From contig JANQWC010000003.1 of the NCBI GenBank assembly GCA_030730025.1, positions 47,551-111,550 on the forward strand: a DNA stretch of 64,000 nt. Direction: 5' to 3'. Shown piece after piece: positions 62,578-64,000 of this stretch (positions are counted from its first letter, which is position 1; each line of letters starts with the position of its first letter). Position numbers and translations under genes: made by a program. This DNA comes from Crocinitomicaceae bacterium (GTDB lineage: Bacteria > Bacteroidota > Bacteroidia > Flavobacteriales_D > Crocinitomicaceae). The notes under the pieces are model-generated. The model did no database searches. It was not told the origin of the DNA and saw only the letters and a program-made list of their open reading frames with translations.

Positions 62578-63453
62578 ATGCTCCAAGAATTCGACAATTA
62601 TTTACGCCAAGAGAAACGCTATTCAGCTCACACCTGTTTAGCCTATATCCAGGACCTCCAACAGTTCAGCACATTTGCAGGCTGTGTGGAGCTTTCCGAT
62701 TGGCAAGAGCAGAATAGCGCCATCATCAGAGGCTGGATGGTATCGCTGCTCGAACAAGGCCTGAGCAAGCGTACGGTCAATCGCAAACTTGCCGCCTTGC
62801 GCACCTTTTTCAAGTGGTTGCGCAAAGAGGGTCGGCTCGCCGAAAACCCCATGACCCGCATCCAGGGCCCAAAAGGCGAAAAACGTTTACCCGTTTTTGT
62901 CAAAGAATCGGAATTAGACACCCAAAAAGTAAGTGCGCTTTTCAGTACAGATTTTGAAGGACTGCGCAACCAACTCATCGTGGAACTCTTTTATCAAACC
63001 GGTATGCGTCTGTCTGAGCTCATCGACCTCAAAGAAGCTGCAGTTAATGCGCAGCACCTCAAAGTGTTGGGCAAGCGCAACAAAGAACGCCTCATTCCTA
63101 TTGCCCCTGAACTCGCTATAAAAATCAATCAATATCGCGCTGCAAAACATGCCCTGAGCCTCGATCACTCCAATTTGTTGGTGCGCCGAAACGGAGCAGC
63201 GTTGTATCCGCAACTCGTTTATCGCCTCGTCAGAGAAGTGCTCGGGACCTTGAGCGGTGTAGAAAAGCGCAGCCCGCATGTCTTACGCCATACTTTTGCC
63301 ACACATATGCTCAATAACGGCGCAGGGCTCGAGACCCTCAAAGACCTCCTCGGCCATGCGAATTTATCCGCTACACAAGTCTACACGCACAATTCATTTG
63401 CCCAATTGCGCAAGGCTTATGGAAGCGCACATCCAAGAGCGTTGAAATCATAG
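62578..63453 (+). CDS. site-specific tyrosine recombinase, XerC/XerD family
   Basis: The N-terminal SAM-like domain is YLRQEKRYSAHTCLAYIQDL. The catalytic region is GMRLSELIDL...HVLRHTFATHML...LLGHANLSATQVYTH. Confidence 0.85.
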   Translation: MLQEFDNYLRQEKRYSAHTCLAYIQDLQQFSTFAGCVELSDWQEQNSAIIRGWMVSLLEQGLSKRTVNRKLAALRTFFKWLRKEGRLAENPMTRIQGPKGEKRLPVFVKESELDTQKVSALFSTDFEGLRNQLIVELFYQTGMRLSELIDLKEAAVNAQHLKVLGKRNKERLIPIAPELAIKINQYRAAKHALSLDHSNLLVRRNGAALYPQLVYRLVREVLGTLSGVEKRSPHVLRHTFATHMLNNGAGLETLKDLLGHANLSATQVYTHNSFAQLRKAYGSAHPRALKS

Positions 63454-63483
63454 TAATTTAATAGGCAAAGCGCTGAAATTGCC

Positions 63484-63491
63484 TATCTTTG
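63484..63491 (+). promoter_or_regulatory. candidate Bacteroidota -7 promoter box (TATCTTTG)
   Basis: Exact TAnnTTTG match, 16 nt upstream of the ATG at 63508. Confidence 0.35.
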
Positions 63492-63507
63492 CGGCACAAT
63501 TTAGAAC

Positions 63508-64000
63508 TATGAATTTAGCAGCAGTTGGTAGTGTCGCATTCGACGCCATCGAAACACCCTTCGGGAAAACAGACAAAATCGTTGGTGGCGCGGGCTCTTA
63601 TATCGCCTTGGCATCGTCTTTCTTTGTGAAAAAACAGAGTCTGATTTCAGTTGTAGGCGGAGATTTCCCCAAAGAGTTCCTCTCTTTATTAGAAGCAAAA
63701 GGGGTCGATATCACTGGAATTGAAGTCAAACAAGACGAAAAAACTTTTTTCTGGTCGGGTCGTTACCACACCGATCTGAATTCGCGCGATACCCTCGTTA
63801 CCGAACTCAATGTCTTGGCCGATTTTGCGCCAGTAGTACCAGTGCAAGCGCAAAATGCTGCGTTCTTGATGCTCGGTAACTTGAGCCCAGCTGTTCAGTT
63901 GTCCGTAATCAAGCAAATGACCACTCGTCCAAAGCTTATCGCTATGGATACCATGAATTTCTGGATGGACATCGCCCTAGACGACCTTAAAGAAACAATC
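63508..64000 (+). CDS. PfkB-family carbohydrate/nucleoside kinase, 5' part (runs off the window end)
   Basis: The frame is open from the ATG at 63508 to nt 64000 and is not listed in the ORF track. MNLAAVGSVAFDAIETPFG...VGGAGSYIALASSFF is a ribokinase/PfkB-like N-terminus. The listed minus-strand ORFs here are antisense artefacts. Confidence 0.7.

Noticed and set aside
62578-63453. The tyrosine recombinase as a marker of an integrated mobile element.
   Set aside because: It has XerC/XerD-type motifs and sits directly after rpsU among housekeeping genes. I saw no flanking direct repeats, tRNA target, excisionase or cargo genes. It is most consistent with the chromosomal dimer-resolution or housekeeping recombinase.
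63507-63916. Two minus-strand ORFs (63507-63698 and 63689-63916).
   Set aside because: They are antisense to an open plus-strand frame with a clear PfkB-kinase N-terminus that runs to the window end.
1-64000. A search for rRNA, tRNA, CRISPR arrays, IS elements or transposases, prophage genes and large non-coding regions.
   Set aside because: No intergenic gap exceeds about 150 nt. I saw no cloverleaf-like or repeat-spacer structure and no transposase or phage-like ORF. Small RNAs cannot be excluded by eye.

Overview
This 64-kb window reads as a densely packed chromosomal segment of a Bacteroidota genome, probably Flavobacteriia- or Cytophagia-like. The lineage call is an inference from four things: TAnnTTTG-type promoter boxes, five type IX secretion (T9SS) cargo genes, a PorP/SprF gene and a MurF-Alr fusion. 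I can support about 60 protein-coding genes, mostly separated by gaps under 150 nt. I found no rRNA, tRNA, CRISPR array, transposase or prophage signature. Housekeeping genes I recognise with confidence are fbp, mfd, gmk, nadD, rsmA, lpdA, lptB, tatC, pheS, rluD, apt and rpsU, plus an exbB-exbD-tonB-like operon, hutI, an acyl-CoA dehydrogenase and a Xer-type recombinase. The accessory content is envelope-centred. It includes three 'gliding-motility' type-B C-terminal-domain (CTD) cargo proteins, one of which is a CotH-kinase/lamin-tail/TSP3 protein followed by its PorP/SprF partner. It also includes two type-A CTD cargo proteins, several OmpA-family and small lipoproteins, and a plant-type glutaminyl cyclase. 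The best candidate for an undescribed system is the co-directional cluster at 1697-7830. It encodes two paralogous predicted outer-membrane proteins of an unnamed family, an embedded HTH regulator, a third envelope protein with a periplasmic CsgG/LpoB-like module, and a membrane-anchored class III cyclase fused to an HD phosphohydrolase with no sensor domain of its own. The functional link between these genes rests on gene order only. Other points worth a second look are a tandem triplication of small lipoprotein genes, an AT-rich transporter island with an unlisted 45-codon MetS-like ORF, apparently leaderless promoter/start-codon arrangements, and unusually tight or overlapping convergent gene ends. 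All family assignments come from reading motifs by eye, with no database search.
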